Shown here: piece after piece, positions 44,705 through 52,473 of the stretch
Layout: each line of letters opens with the position of its first letter
Position numbering within the stretch: the first letter of the stretch is position 1
Virus record (IMG/VR): IMGVR_UViG_3300048928_000047
Source of the DNA: a virus
DNA: 64,000 bases
Direction: 5' to 3' (one strand)
Made by a program: the position numbers and the translations under genes
Notes under the pieces: generated by a model
What the model was told of the DNA's origin: nothing
Seen by the model: only the letters and a program-made list of their open reading frames with translations
Database searches by the model: none

Positions 44705-45772
44705 TCAACCCTCCGCTAAAAGTTTATCAATGGCTGTAATAGCTTGATTGACACGATCTTCATAGTCTGTACCCGTGATGTGAACAACAGGGACAGCACA
44801 GTAGAGGTCATGAACCATATCCCACAGCAAGGTATTAGTGTTCTCACGCTTACCTGCGGTGTCTTGCAGACGTAAAGGATCAGCAACCCACTCTACCTCT
44901 GGAGACAGGAACAACACCATATCGTAGAAGTTATGTGCTTCTTCAATAGCCAGTGACATAAACATATCATCATTATAACTCACTTTACCAGCACAAATTG
45001 CAGAAAAATGGGTTATCAGGTTTGTGGTGTCCGAGATGTGGACAACATGTGCCTCGTTGGAGTGCATATATTCTTCCATACGGTGTGCCATAGCCACTTT
45101 GAGATACGCTTCACGATCCATCAGGAATTCACTGCCGCAGAATAACTCTTCACAAATGTTCCGCCCAATCTCAGGCGTAGATGTTGTTTTGTAATGACGA
45201 GCTAAAAGCTCCGTCATCGTGGATTTACCAGTGCTTTCTACACCAATGATAGCTACACGTTTGACAAAACGTGGTTTAGCTTGCTCGGAAAGATATTCAA
45301 AGTTTTCCCGTAGATTGGTACGGATACGAGTGGCAGAGATGTTCACTCCGCTGCGCTCTGCATCCAGTACAACATGCTCCACCTCTGGGAAATACTCAGA
45401 GAAGTAGGCAGTATACTCCGGCTCAGAAGAGAATGCGTGTGTCAACACCTCTCCTTCGGGGATCTTAGCACGAATCAACTCAGCATACGACTTACCACCT
45501 TCTGGGTAGCCAGGAATGTTGGACTCGTCCACGTAGTCTACGATCACTTTGTGAGTGAGTCCAGAGTCTTCAACAAGAGCTTTGAGATCCCACAAACGTT
45601 GACTTAAACCGAGGCGTTCCTGCATCCACGGGGTTTGAGTGTCGTTGAACTTCTGGTCGAAAGACAGGAACAAATACAGACGATCAATGCCCGATTCTAC
45701 TGCCATACGGATGAAGTTGACATGTCCTGCTGTCAGTGGTGCAAACTTACCAAAAATTAAGCCTACTTTCAT
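44705..45772 (-). CDS. nadR: NadR-type bifunctional NMN adenylyltransferase / ribosylnicotinamide kinase (no HTH domain)
   Basis: VGLIFGKFAPLTAGHVNFI (nucleotidyltransferase HxGH-type motif, cf. E. coli NadR GKFYPLHTGH). Walker A VAIIGVESTGKST (cf. NadR GGESSGKST). Confidence 0.85.
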   Translation of the reverse strand: MKVGLIFGKFAPLTAGHVNFIRMAVESGIDRLYLFLSFDQKFNDTQTPWMQERLGLSQRLWDLKALVEDSGLTHKVIVDYVDESNIPGYPEGGKSYAELIRAKIPEGEVLTHAFSSEPEYTAYFSEYFPEVEHVVLDAERSGVNISATRIRTNLRENFEYLSEQAKPRFVKRVAIIGVESTGKSTMTELLARHYKTTSTPEIGRNICEELFCGSEFLMDREAYLKVAMAHRMEEYMHSNEAHVVHISDTTNLITHFSAICAGKVSYNDDMFMSLAIEEAHNFYDMVLFLSPEVEWVADPLRLQDTAGKRENTNTLLWDMVHDLYCAVPVVHITGTDYEDRVNQAITAIDKLLAEG

Positions 45773-45786
45773 GAGATCTCTCCTTA

Positions 45787-46041
45787 TTACTGTTTAATTA
45801 CGAGCGTTGCATCAACAATCACCCAGATACGCTCATCTTGAATAAAATCCTCATCTTCTTCTACGCGACCAGGGCTGCTGTTTAACATGACAGAATAACC
45901 TTGTTGACATTTGAGGTACAGTACACCGTCTTCATGTGAGTCAACAGCATCATCTATGTACGTGAACACTGCACCCTCTGGGATACTTTTATAATCAACA
46001 GCCACCACGTTACGCTCTGTACTCCTTTCAATCTTTAACAT
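45787..46041 (-). CDS. hypothetical protein
   Basis: Start moved to MLKIERS (AAGGAGAG SD). Confidence 0.45.
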   Translation of the reverse strand: MLKIERSTERNVVAVDYKSIPEGAVFTYIDDAVDSHEDGVLYLKCQQGYSVMLNSSPGRVEEDEDFIQDERIWVIVDATLVIKQ

Positions 46042-46059
46042 CCCACTCTCCTTTCTCAA

Positions 46060-46503
46060 TTAGTCTTCGTCAGAACTGTCTTCTACTGCAAAGACAATAT
46101 CTACACCCTGCTCTTTCAGGATCTGGTTGACAATGCCTACCGTGAGTTCAGCAACCTCCATGCCATCCATCATATAATCAAAATCTTCCTGACACAAGAG
46201 AATTTTGAACTCAGCTTTGGGTTTGGGAGGGGCATTCACACAACCATAAGCAAGACCTGCCACTTTGCCATCAACAATAGTCAGAAGTGCAGTACGGAAG
46301 TCATCTGCCAATGGCAGATAGAGATCTTCACCATCAGCATCCTCTAAGTATTGTATGAAATTCTTACTTGTCCAGTATTGATCAACGAACCGTTGCCCAG
46401 GATCAGAGTGGTATAAATTTATCACACCATCTTCATCTTGACTAACAAACTCCACATCTTCATCAAAAACAATACCACTTAATAACTCATATAAATTCAT
46501 CAT
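46060..46503 (-). CDS. hypothetical acidic protein
   Basis: Start moved to MMNLYELL (GGAGGAA SD), just downstream of the terminator at 46518-46537. The longer ORF would run through that hairpin. Confidence 0.5.
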   Translation of the reverse strand: MMNLYELLSGIVFDEDVEFVSQDEDGVINLYHSDPGQRFVDQYWTSKNFIQYLEDADGEDLYLPLADDFRTALLTIVDGKVAGLAYGCVNAPPKPKAEFKILLCQEDFDYMMDGMEVAELTVGIVNQILKEQGVDIVFAVEDSSDED

Positions 46504-46517
46504 TTCCTCCAGTAAAC

Positions 46518-46537
46518 AAAGGGGCTTGCGCCCCTTT
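46518..46537 (-). terminator. rho-independent terminator AAAGGGGC-(4)-GCCCCTTT
   Basis: 8-bp stem with tetraloop. On the minus strand it is followed by GTTT. 4 nt after the 46541 gene stop. Confidence 0.65.
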
Positions 46538-46540
46538 TTA

Positions 46541-46795
46541 TCAGCCTTCAAGATCGTAACGCTGATTCTCCGCTTCGATCTCGGCTTTCTCCGCACGTTT
46601 GATAGCGCGTTCCAGGTGCTCCGGCGACCACGCCGTGTGAACGGTGTTACCGTTCGTCAGGTGGATACGACAAGTATCCCATTCAGCCACGCTGTAACCT
46701 GCATACTGATCCAGGTTGAACTTGGCTTTCACGCCTTTACGACGAAACACAGGATATTCGATTTGCATGTTATACCTCCTCGTTTTTGATTCCAT
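46541..46795 (-). CDS. hypothetical protein
   Basis: 84-aa ORF. GAGGAGG SD near 46800. Confidence 0.5.
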   Translation of the reverse strand: MESKTRRYNMQIEYPVFRRKGVKAKFNLDQYAGYSVAEWDTCRIHLTNGNTVHTAWSPEHLERAIKRAEKAEIEAENQRYDLEG

Positions 46796-46973
46796 ACATA
46801 CCCATGATGTATCCAGCGAGATACAGGGCTTGTTCTTTGGTCAGAGCCATAGACTCATAATCATACAGATAGTTGCTGTTACGTTCAATCAAAGTCATAT
46901 CATCGTAAGCAGTAACTTCGTATTCACGATCATCTGGTCTGTTTCCATCTTTTGGTAGCTTAGTGGTTTTCAT
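46770..46973 (-). CDS. hypothetical protein
   Basis: 67-aa ORF. 26-nt overlap with the next gene, so the exact start or stop relationship is uncertain. Confidence 0.4.
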   Translation of the reverse strand: MKTTKLPKDGNRPDDREYEVTAYDDMTLIERNSNYLYDYESMALTKEQALYLAGYIMGMYGIKNEEV

Positions 46974-46975
46974 AC

Positions 46976-47188
46976 TTAATCTCCCAGGTCACACTCCAGT
47001 AGGAAAGTAAGTAACATCTTAGCTTGAGATTTAGATAAAGTCAACTGTCCTTCACCATAAATTTCACCAACCCACTCTGCTGTTAGATCTAAATGCTCAC
47101 CATTGTACCACTCAGCATCTATGGTGTTACCTGTTTCGGTATCATCAATTAATTGGGTACTTAGGTATGTAGTTTGTTTTCCACTCAC
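46976..47188 (-). CDS. hypothetical acidic protein
   Basis: 70-aa ORF. GGAGGTG SD. Confidence 0.45.
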   Translation of the reverse strand: MSGKQTTYLSTQLIDDTETGNTIDAEWYNGEHLDLTAEWVGEIYGEGQLTLSKSQAKMLLTFLLECDLGD

Positions 47189-47414
47189 AATGATACACCT
47201 CCACTGGTTTCAATGTCCATCTTTCAGGAATCAAAAGATTAGCATAGTTGAAGAATAGATAAAGGTAAACAGCTAATACTGGTAGTAACAGATACCAGGG
47301 AGCACGATTACCAAACTTACGTTGTAGTAGATAGAAATAGGTGAATGGGATAACCAACATACCTATCAGTATCATAAAGAAGATCACTATGAATCTCATA
47401 GTCATTACATCCAT
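47145..47414 (-). CDS. membrane protein
   Basis: Start moved to MDVMTM (TAGGAGG SD). Two or three TM helices. Confidence 0.5.
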   Translation of the reverse strand: MDVMTMRFIVIFFMILIGMLVIPFTYFYLLQRKFGNRAPWYLLLPVLAVYLYLFFNYANLLIPERWTLKPVEVYHCEWKTNYIPKYPIN

Positions 47415-47505
47415 AACACCTCCTATCAAGTATCCGTCCCTTCCATTCTACGAATGTCAGGAACGAATAGAGAATTCCCCCTCGCTATCGCTCGGAACCT
47501 TGGGG

Positions 47506-47544
47506 TTAGGGTAGCATACTTTTTGGAGAAAGTCAATACCCTAA
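47506..47544 (-). promoter_or_regulatory. long-loop inverted repeat enclosing a possible promoter
   Basis: TTAGGGTA ... TACCCTAA 8-bp inverted repeat. On the minus strand TTGACT (47536-47531), 17-nt spacer, TACCCT lies inside it. Confidence 0.3.
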
Positions 47545-47550
47545 ACACAT

Positions 47551-47847
47551 TTATTTTGCAGTGTATAGTGAAGGTTTGATTCCTGAGTACACAGTGTTGC
47601 TATCGTAGTCGTAAAAATGTACAACACCTGTTTCACGAGATACACGAATAGCCAGCTTTGCTCCAGCAATCAGCTTATCGGTTTCACCGATTTTCTGACG
47701 GAAGCGTGTCACCGTATGCGAGAACGCGCTATGTGGCATCCAGTGACGGTTCACACGATCCCGTTTGAAATGACGGAAGTCTGCGATCATGTTGTTGCGC
47801 TGTTTACGTAACATCGCCAGCAGTTGGTAGTACGGATGTTTGCTCAT
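47551..47847 (-). CDS. hypothetical basic protein
   Basis: 98 aa. ATGA-type overlap with the upstream gene. Confidence 0.5.
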   Translation of the reverse strand: MSKHPYYQLLAMLRKQRNNMIADFRHFKRDRVNRHWMPHSAFSHTVTRFRQKIGETDKLIAGAKLAIRVSRETGVVHFYDYDSNTVYSGIKPSLYTAK

Positions 47848-48119
47848 TTAGGGAATACCTCCTTTCCAGCTTCTTCCATTTGCAGCATCACTTCACAGAT
47901 CTGATACATTTGGTCGAAGGTAATTTGTTGAATGCCTGTGTCCTTGCAGAATACAGCACAGAACTCTCGAATGTCAACACCTTTCACGGAGGAGGAGGCC
48001 GTTCTTACAGTTTCACCCTCTTTCCAGTCGATAGGATCTTTCAGTAACACCCAACTGCCATCAGCGGTTTCGATGATATGATCTGAAATGTTAGCGCGTG
48101 GTGTGACGTTGTTCTGCAT
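47844..48119 (-). CDS. hypothetical protein
   Basis: Start moved to MQNNVTPRAN (AAGGAGAA SD), 2 nt after the upstream stop. Confidence 0.5.
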   Translation of the reverse strand: MQNNVTPRANISDHIIETADGSWVLLKDPIDWKEGETVRTASSSVKGVDIREFCAVFCKDTGIQQITFDQMYQICEVMLQMEEAGKEVFPK

Positions 48120-48120
48120 G

Positions 48121-48552
48121 TTATTCTCCTTTTGCAAATTGTTCTGCATAATCAAACCAGATTGTACAGTGTCTGTCTGTGGCCTCCATTAAAGCAGCAA
48201 TTGCCTCCTCTGTCAACTCCACAGGAGTAAATTCATTAGGACGGGCATAGTACAAGCCGTAATCGTCAGAGTTGGTTTTTTCAAAAAGCTCCTGACGTGC
48301 TTTAATGTCCTCAATAGTAAAACCAACCATGTAACCATCGTGCTTAGCACCCCAACCTCGTTCAAATTCCATAACAGGGATGCAGAAGCCATAACGACGA
48401 CCTGTATCGCTTTCTGGCACGTTTTCACGAGAAGCCTTACCGTTTTCCCATCCTTCCTTGAAGATGGCGTAGAGAGACTCGTAGAGGCTCTTATTGCTAC
48501 CCTCTTTGTACGGGTGAAGCTCCTCAAATTTAGCGCGAATGATATCAGACAT
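48121..48552 (-). CDS. hypothetical protein
   Basis: 143 aa. AAGGAGGTG SD. Start overlaps the upstream stop. Confidence 0.55.
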   Translation of the reverse strand: MSDIIRAKFEELHPYKEGSNKSLYESLYAIFKEGWENGKASRENVPESDTGRRYGFCIPVMEFERGWGAKHDGYMVGFTIEDIKARQELFEKTNSDDYGLYYARPNEFTPVELTEEAIAALMEATDRHCTIWFDYAEQFAKGE

Positions 48553-48761
48553 TAAACACCTCCTTTTGGAATATACTCAGGCATAGGCATGTATGCCACC
48601 ACTGGTTCCAGGTCAAAGTAGAAATGACCATTAATAACTGCAAACTTACCGCTACCACCTTGCACCACCTGGCAGACACCATGCTTACCATCAGCCATAA
48701 TGACAATCCAATCACCAAACGGCATATTGTCGATACCATCAACATCAATCCAAGTCGTCAT
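48552..48761 (-). CDS. DUF551-like small protein
   Basis: WIDVDGIDNMPFGDWIVIMADG ... VAYMPMPEYIP follows the DUF551 pattern (WI.V.D.LP ... HWMPLPEPP). Confidence 0.5.
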   Translation of the reverse strand: MTTWIDVDGIDNMPFGDWIVIMADGKHGVCQVVQGGSGKFAVINGHFYFDLEPVVAYMPMPEYIPKGGV

Positions 48762-48916
48762 TTGATCTCCATAATCTTGTAATATGGGAGTTTCTTGATC
48801 AACTCCTCCGGTGTACCGCTTTCAGACCAAGTGGCTCCGCCGTCCGTAGAGGCGTAGCCCTTGTTGCCAACGTATTTGCGCATGATAGCACGAAACTGAT
48901 TCTGGTAGATAGTCAT
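48758..48916 (-). CDS. 52-aa protein (not in ORF track)
   Basis: MTIYQNQFRAIMRKYVGNKGYASTDGGATWSESGTPEELIKKLPYYKIMEIK. TAATG overlap upstream and ATGA overlap downstream. Confidence 0.45.
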   Translation of the reverse strand: MTIYQNQFRAIMRKYVGNKGYASTDGGATWSESGTPEELIKKLPYYKIMEIK

Positions 48917-49089
48917 TACACATCCATCACTTCTTCAAACGTAACAGTATCAAGCAGTGCTTCCTGGAATTCCGCCAGAGTGAAAGCTGACGGCATGGTA
49001 TCACACATATCATCATCGTCACACAGCACAACATCATCCTGCACCCAGTAGATCAGATCGTTATATTTGTTCCGGTAGTATTTAGTCAT
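48916..49089 (-). CDS. 57-aa acidic protein (not in ORF track)
   Basis: MTKYYRNKYNDLIYWVQDDVVLCDDDDMCDTMPSAFTLAEFQEALLDTVTFEEVMDV. ATGA overlap with the upstream stop. Confidence 0.45.
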   Translation of the reverse strand: MTKYYRNKYNDLIYWVQDDVVLCDDDDMCDTMPSAFTLAEFQEALLDTVTFEEVMDV

Positions 49090-49574
49090 TTCTTCTTCCT
49101 CTTCTGTAATTTATTATGACCACGACCTTTCGTGATACGAAAATTGTAGTTCTCCTTTTCACGAGGTAAGGTCGGAGATCGTGGAGTGATACCAACGTAG
49201 TAATCCATAGTTTCCAGATCATAACCTTGCCCTGCGTAGAGTGCAAGAACTTTCTCCTCCAGCGCAGAATAGTTTTCACCAAGCATCACAGCTTTCATTT
49301 TCTGGCGTTCTGCACCAGTAAGACGGATCTCTCCTTCTTTCCAGGCAGATTCTGAGATGTCTCCTTCGAAAGGCTTGAAATTGTCTTCAAGGATCATCCA
49401 ACCTGCCTCCTGCCAATCGTAGCCACGATACCAGCCAGACATTGGGTAGCCCTGCTCATCCCAGATCTTTCCGTCTTCCATATAGAAGAACTCTTCGTCC
49501 GTGAAGTTGCTGTTCTTAACACGTTTACCTTCACGCATTGCTTCTTGGGCTTGAGTCCAGGTCAGATTGTACAT
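49086..49574 (-). CDS. hypothetical protein; N-terminal ~65 aa weakly DUF2829-like
   Basis: First gene of the leftward arm (GAGAGGAGA SD). LTWTQAQEAMREGKRVKNSNF ... YDWQEAGWMILE loosely follows the DUF2829 pattern (f.eAl.a.k.Gkkv.R.gW ... eDW.i.e). Confidence 0.55.
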   Translation of the reverse strand: MYNLTWTQAQEAMREGKRVKNSNFTDEEFFYMEDGKIWDEQGYPMSGWYRGYDWQEAGWMILEDNFKPFEGDISESAWKEGEIRLTGAERQKMKAVMLGENYSALEEKVLALYAGQGYDLETMDYYVGITPRSPTLPREKENYNFRITKGRGHNKLQKRKKK

Positions 49575-49604
49575 TAGCTATCTCCTCTCGTTTTGTATGC
49601 AGCA

Positions 49605-49632
49605 ATCTTATCAAACCAGAAATGAAAGTCAA
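49605..49632 (-). promoter_or_regulatory. leftward sigma70-type promoter of the 37-kb arm
   Basis: Minus strand: GTTGACTTT with TTGACT at 49632-49627, 16-nt spacer, TAAGAT at 49610-49605. About 30 nt upstream of the 49574 start. Confidence 0.6.
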
Positions 49633-49635
49633 CAC

Positions 49636-49663
49636 TTGACATGAAATATTTTTCAAGTAAGAT
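49636..49663 (+). promoter_or_regulatory. rightward sigma70-type promoter (back-to-back with the leftward one)
   Basis: TTGACA 49636-49641, 16-nt spacer, TAAGAT 49658-49663. The two -35 boxes are 3 nt apart on opposite strands. Confidence 0.6.
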
Positions 49664-49693
49664 AAGGCTATCGAAACAAATGAGGAGGTGTAT

Positions 49694-49849
49694 ATGGAAG
49701 GGTTTGAAGAATTCTGGCAAGAAAACTTTAAAGAAGTAACTGATCCGTTAACAATTGCTATTGCAAGAGCATCATGGAACGGGTGCTGGACAAAAGTAAT
49801 AGAAGACTACTCACGTCAGAAACAAGATGAAGGGTATGGTAAACAATAA
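49694..49849 (+). CDS. 51-aa protein (not in ORF track)
   Basis: MEGFEEFWQENFKEVTDPLTIAIARASWNGCWTKVIEDYSRQKQDEGYGKQ. GAGGAGG SD 6 nt upstream. TAATG overlap with the next gene. Confidence 0.55.
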   Translation: MEGFEEFWQENFKEVTDPLTIAIARASWNGCWTKVIEDYSRQKQDEGYGKQ

Positions 49850-50142
49850 TGAACATCACTGCATCTACTAAGAACATCTCAGAAACCGCAGAAGGGTATG
49901 GCATCATCATTGCTATCCACGGTGTTAACGAGAAATGGTTAGCTTCTTTCGAGGAGGACGAAGATCGTAACATTCGTCTGGATGCACCGATTAAGGTGTT
50001 GCACCAGGTGGGAGAAGAGAAAACTCAACTCCGTTCGTATAAAGAGTTTAATGTCACAAACGAGTTAATAAAAATGCTTGACTTTGTGATTGACTTGTTC
50101 GATACTGCACCTACCGAAACGAAGAAAGTGTTGGCATTTTAA
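49849..50142 (+). CDS. hypothetical protein
   Basis: 97-aa ORF in the rightward operon. Confidence 0.55.
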   Translation: MNITASTKNISETAEGYGIIIAIHGVNEKWLASFEEDEDRNIRLDAPIKVLHQVGEEKTQLRSYKEFNVTNELIKMLDFVIDLFDTAPTETKKVLAF

Positions 50143-50157
50143 CAGAGGAGTGGATGT

Positions 50158-50550
50158 ATGAAGAATGAAAGAGGCGATACCATTACTGAAGTGATCCTGG
50201 AAAAAGAAGATGTGTTGGATCTGGATACTACTCTCGCCACCATCATTTTTCAGGGGTTGTGTCAGTTCCGTGTAGTGATTGCGAATGATCCACTCCGCGC
50301 TGTTCCTGGTTTGTTACTGCGCGAGATGTTCCCGACTGTCCCACAGGGAGAGCATACGGAAGAACAGATTGAACAAGCGGATAAAGAGTGGTTGCGGATT
50401 GTTGACCGTATGATCGATGCTTTTGACCAAAGCAAGGATATCATCCACCACTCTGATCCATATTATATTGCAAAACGTACAGAACGTCTTGACATTGAAC
50501 GCGAAGGGCGTATACTCTTTGCTAAATATTTCAACAGCCTGTATAACTAA
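50158..50550 (+). CDS. hypothetical protein
   Basis: 130 aa. GAGGAG SD. Confidence 0.55.
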   Translation: MKNERGDTITEVILEKEDVLDLDTTLATIIFQGLCQFRVVIANDPLRAVPGLLLREMFPTVPQGEHTEEQIEQADKEWLRIVDRMIDAFDQSKDIIHHSDPYYIAKRTERLDIEREGRILFAKYFNSLYN

Positions 50551-50559
50551 GGAGAAACT

Positions 50560-50895
50560 ATGTTTAGCCCAAACGTATTAGAAATGCTGTCCTACCTGAT
50601 TGACAACGACATTGAAGTTTCGTTGCACAAACGTGCAAACGGTGTTTATTATGCCGATCTGCACAGCCAGGCTAAGAGCCATTTGCATGTTTTTGAAAAG
50701 GATGGTAAAGTGGTGTTCGACATGCGTTACGGCAAACAAGAAGAAGTTTCTGCCGAAGAAGATGCAGAAGCTTTAGTGTACCATGCTGCCTGTTGCTTTG
50801 CATATGATTGCATCTGCGGTCGCAGCTTCGGTAGCCAAGCCTGGGATAAGCTCTGCAAAGAGATGGATATCACTGTCTCTTATGGAGACATGTGA
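50560..50895 (+). CDS. hypothetical protein
   Basis: 111 aa. AAGGAGAAA SD. Confidence 0.55.
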   Translation: MFSPNVLEMLSYLIDNDIEVSLHKRANGVYYADLHSQAKSHLHVFEKDGKVVFDMRYGKQEEVSAEEDAEALVYHAACCFAYDCICGRSFGSQAWDKLCKEMDITVSYGDM

Positions 50896-51137
50896 TGAAT
50901 TTTGTTAAAGGTCAGAAGATGACGGTTTATTGCGAAGATGATATGATCTTTGCACTGGAACTGCTGGAAGACGCAGGTTTCAAGTGGATCAATGGGAATG
51001 AGAAGCCAACAGAATGGCTCCCGCATGAAAAAATTGCTGGACATACGTTCCCTGATAGCATAAACTGGCATTCAGACGGCAAGATTTGCCGAGGTAATTA
51101 TCCTTCTGGTAAGGAATGGACGACGAGGGTGTTTTGA
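50892..51137 (+). CDS. hypothetical protein
   Basis: 81 aa. ATGA-type overlap with the upstream gene. Confidence 0.5.
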   Translation: MMNFVKGQKMTVYCEDDMIFALELLEDAGFKWINGNEKPTEWLPHEKIAGHTFPDSINWHSDGKICRGNYPSGKEWTTRVF

Positions 51138-51382
51138 TTAAAGTTAAACAGAAGATGATCTCTGATGATGCAGCAGATCATGTGTGGAAATGCGGTAAGG
51201 TGTGGCGTGAGTACGTCGCTGGTAATGAAGTAGTGGTTGTCACTGAGCATGAGATCTGCCCCACAGATTTGTTTGGTGATTATTACGGAGTAATCAAATT
51301 AGGTATTGACAAGGGTTTAGTTAAGATGCTAACCTTGGCACAAGTTGAACTGGAACACTTAGACAAGTGTGTTGAATTTTAA
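51116..51382 (+). CDS. hypothetical protein (start uncertain)
   Basis: 88-aa ORF overlapping the previous gene by 22 nt. An in-frame TTG at 51134 with a GAGGG SD is an alternative start. Confidence 0.45.
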   Translation: MDDEGVLIKVKQKMISDDAADHVWKCGKVWREYVAGNEVVVVTEHEICPTDLFGDYYGVIKLGIDKGLVKMLTLAQVELEHLDKCVEF

Positions 51383-51396
51383 AAGAGGAGAAATAT

Positions 51397-51996
51397 ATGA
51401 TTTTTGGTCTGATGCGTAAAACTACTCACGATGCGATTGTTGCTGAACTGGAAGCACGTATTGATTATCTGGAAACCAAATCATACGGCTTGTCTGTTCT
51501 CGCTGATGCGCGTCTGGAAAAGCTGGAGAAGGTCGAAGGTGAGATGGCTAAGCTGAAAGCGCCAACCGTAAAAGCAACCCCTGTTGCTGCACCTGCGAAA
51601 GTGATGGTTGAGCAACCAAAACAAGGCGAATATGTCCGTCTGGTTAGCACAGCGCGTAGCCCTTCTACCCGCCTGAACATTCTGGAAACTGTTCTGCCGA
51701 AAGCTAAGTTCCAGATCAAAGGTAATGCGATCCGTGTGCTGTTCAACGGTAAGCCAGCGCGTGTTCGTGTGGCTCAGCCAACGTACCGCAAGGACACCGA
51801 TAAAACCTTCACATTCCTGAACATCGTGCCTGGTGATATCTGTGTTGCTCTGAACGAAGATCAGTCCCTGCGCTCTGTGTTCGTCGCTAAACGCGATATG
51901 ATCACCAGTGGTGGTGGCATCTTCCTGGTTCGTAACAGTGAGCGTGATATCAACGCCATCCAGAACACCAACCTGGTACTGCGCAACTTCAAATAA
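51397..51996 (+). CDS. hypothetical protein (N-terminal coiled coil)
   Basis: 199 aa. GAGGAGAAA SD. Confidence 0.55.
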   Translation: MIFGLMRKTTHDAIVAELEARIDYLETKSYGLSVLADARLEKLEKVEGEMAKLKAPTVKATPVAAPAKVMVEQPKQGEYVRLVSTARSPSTRLNILETVLPKAKFQIKGNAIRVLFNGKPARVRVAQPTYRKDTDKTFTFLNIVPGDICVALNEDQSLRSVFVAKRDMITSGGGIFLVRNSERDINAIQNTNLVLRNFK

Positions 51997-51998
51997 AG

Positions 51999-52033
51999 TT
52001 GACTTTCACTGAGGAGCACTGTACAGTGCTCCT
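51999..52033 (+). promoter_or_regulatory. class-II promoter cassette (GTTGACTTT; -10 inside a perfect palindrome)
   Basis: TTGACT 51999-52004, 17-nt spacer, TACAGT 52022-52027. AGGAGCACTGTACAGTGCTCCT (52012-52033) is a 22-nt perfect palindrome. Followed by GTTGAGAGAAAC. Confidence 0.55.
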
Positions 52034-52066
52034 TGTTGAGAGAAACTAATCCATTAAGGAGAAAAC

Positions 52067-52459
52067 ATGAACGAGGCACTCGAAGCAAAGGCAAGTGAAT
52101 TACTGGTCAAGATGATTGATGTTACCGTACAAAGCGTCAGTGATGTTGTGGAGTTTGGTAAACAACAAATTCCAGAAGTTATCCATCAACTTATCATGTG
52201 GAACATTGCAAAGGTTTCGATCTGGATGATTGTCGGTGTTGTTATTGCTGTGTTCTTGTGTCAAATGGGTAACAGATTCAAACCAAACCTAAATCAGTAT
52301 GAAAAAGGTCTTGGTACATTTGTACAGTTTATTTTCTGGGTGGTAGGTTTGGCTGTCGGTGGTAGTATGTTTGTCAGCAATCTTCTCCAGGTGGCGTACA
52401 TTGTCATCGCACCGAAAGTTTGGCTGATTGAATACGCAGCACAGTTGATTAAAAAATAA
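52067..52459 (+). CDS. membrane protein
   Basis: 130 aa with three hydrophobic helices. AAGGAGAAAA SD. Confidence 0.55.
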   Translation: MNEALEAKASELLVKMIDVTVQSVSDVVEFGKQQIPEVIHQLIMWNIAKVSIWMIVGVVIAVFLCQMGNRFKPNLNQYEKGLGTFVQFIFWVVGLAVGGSMFVSNLLQVAYIVIAPKVWLIEYAAQLIKK

Positions 52460-52473
52460 TTTAAGGGGGTTAT

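Noticed and set aside
47430-47550. Possible tRNA or other small RNA gene in the 120-nt gap, and likewise in 43184-43320
   Set aside because: I could not draw a cloverleaf (no acceptor/T-arm pairing, no GTTC-type T-loop). Only a long-loop inverted repeat and promoter-like boxes were found.
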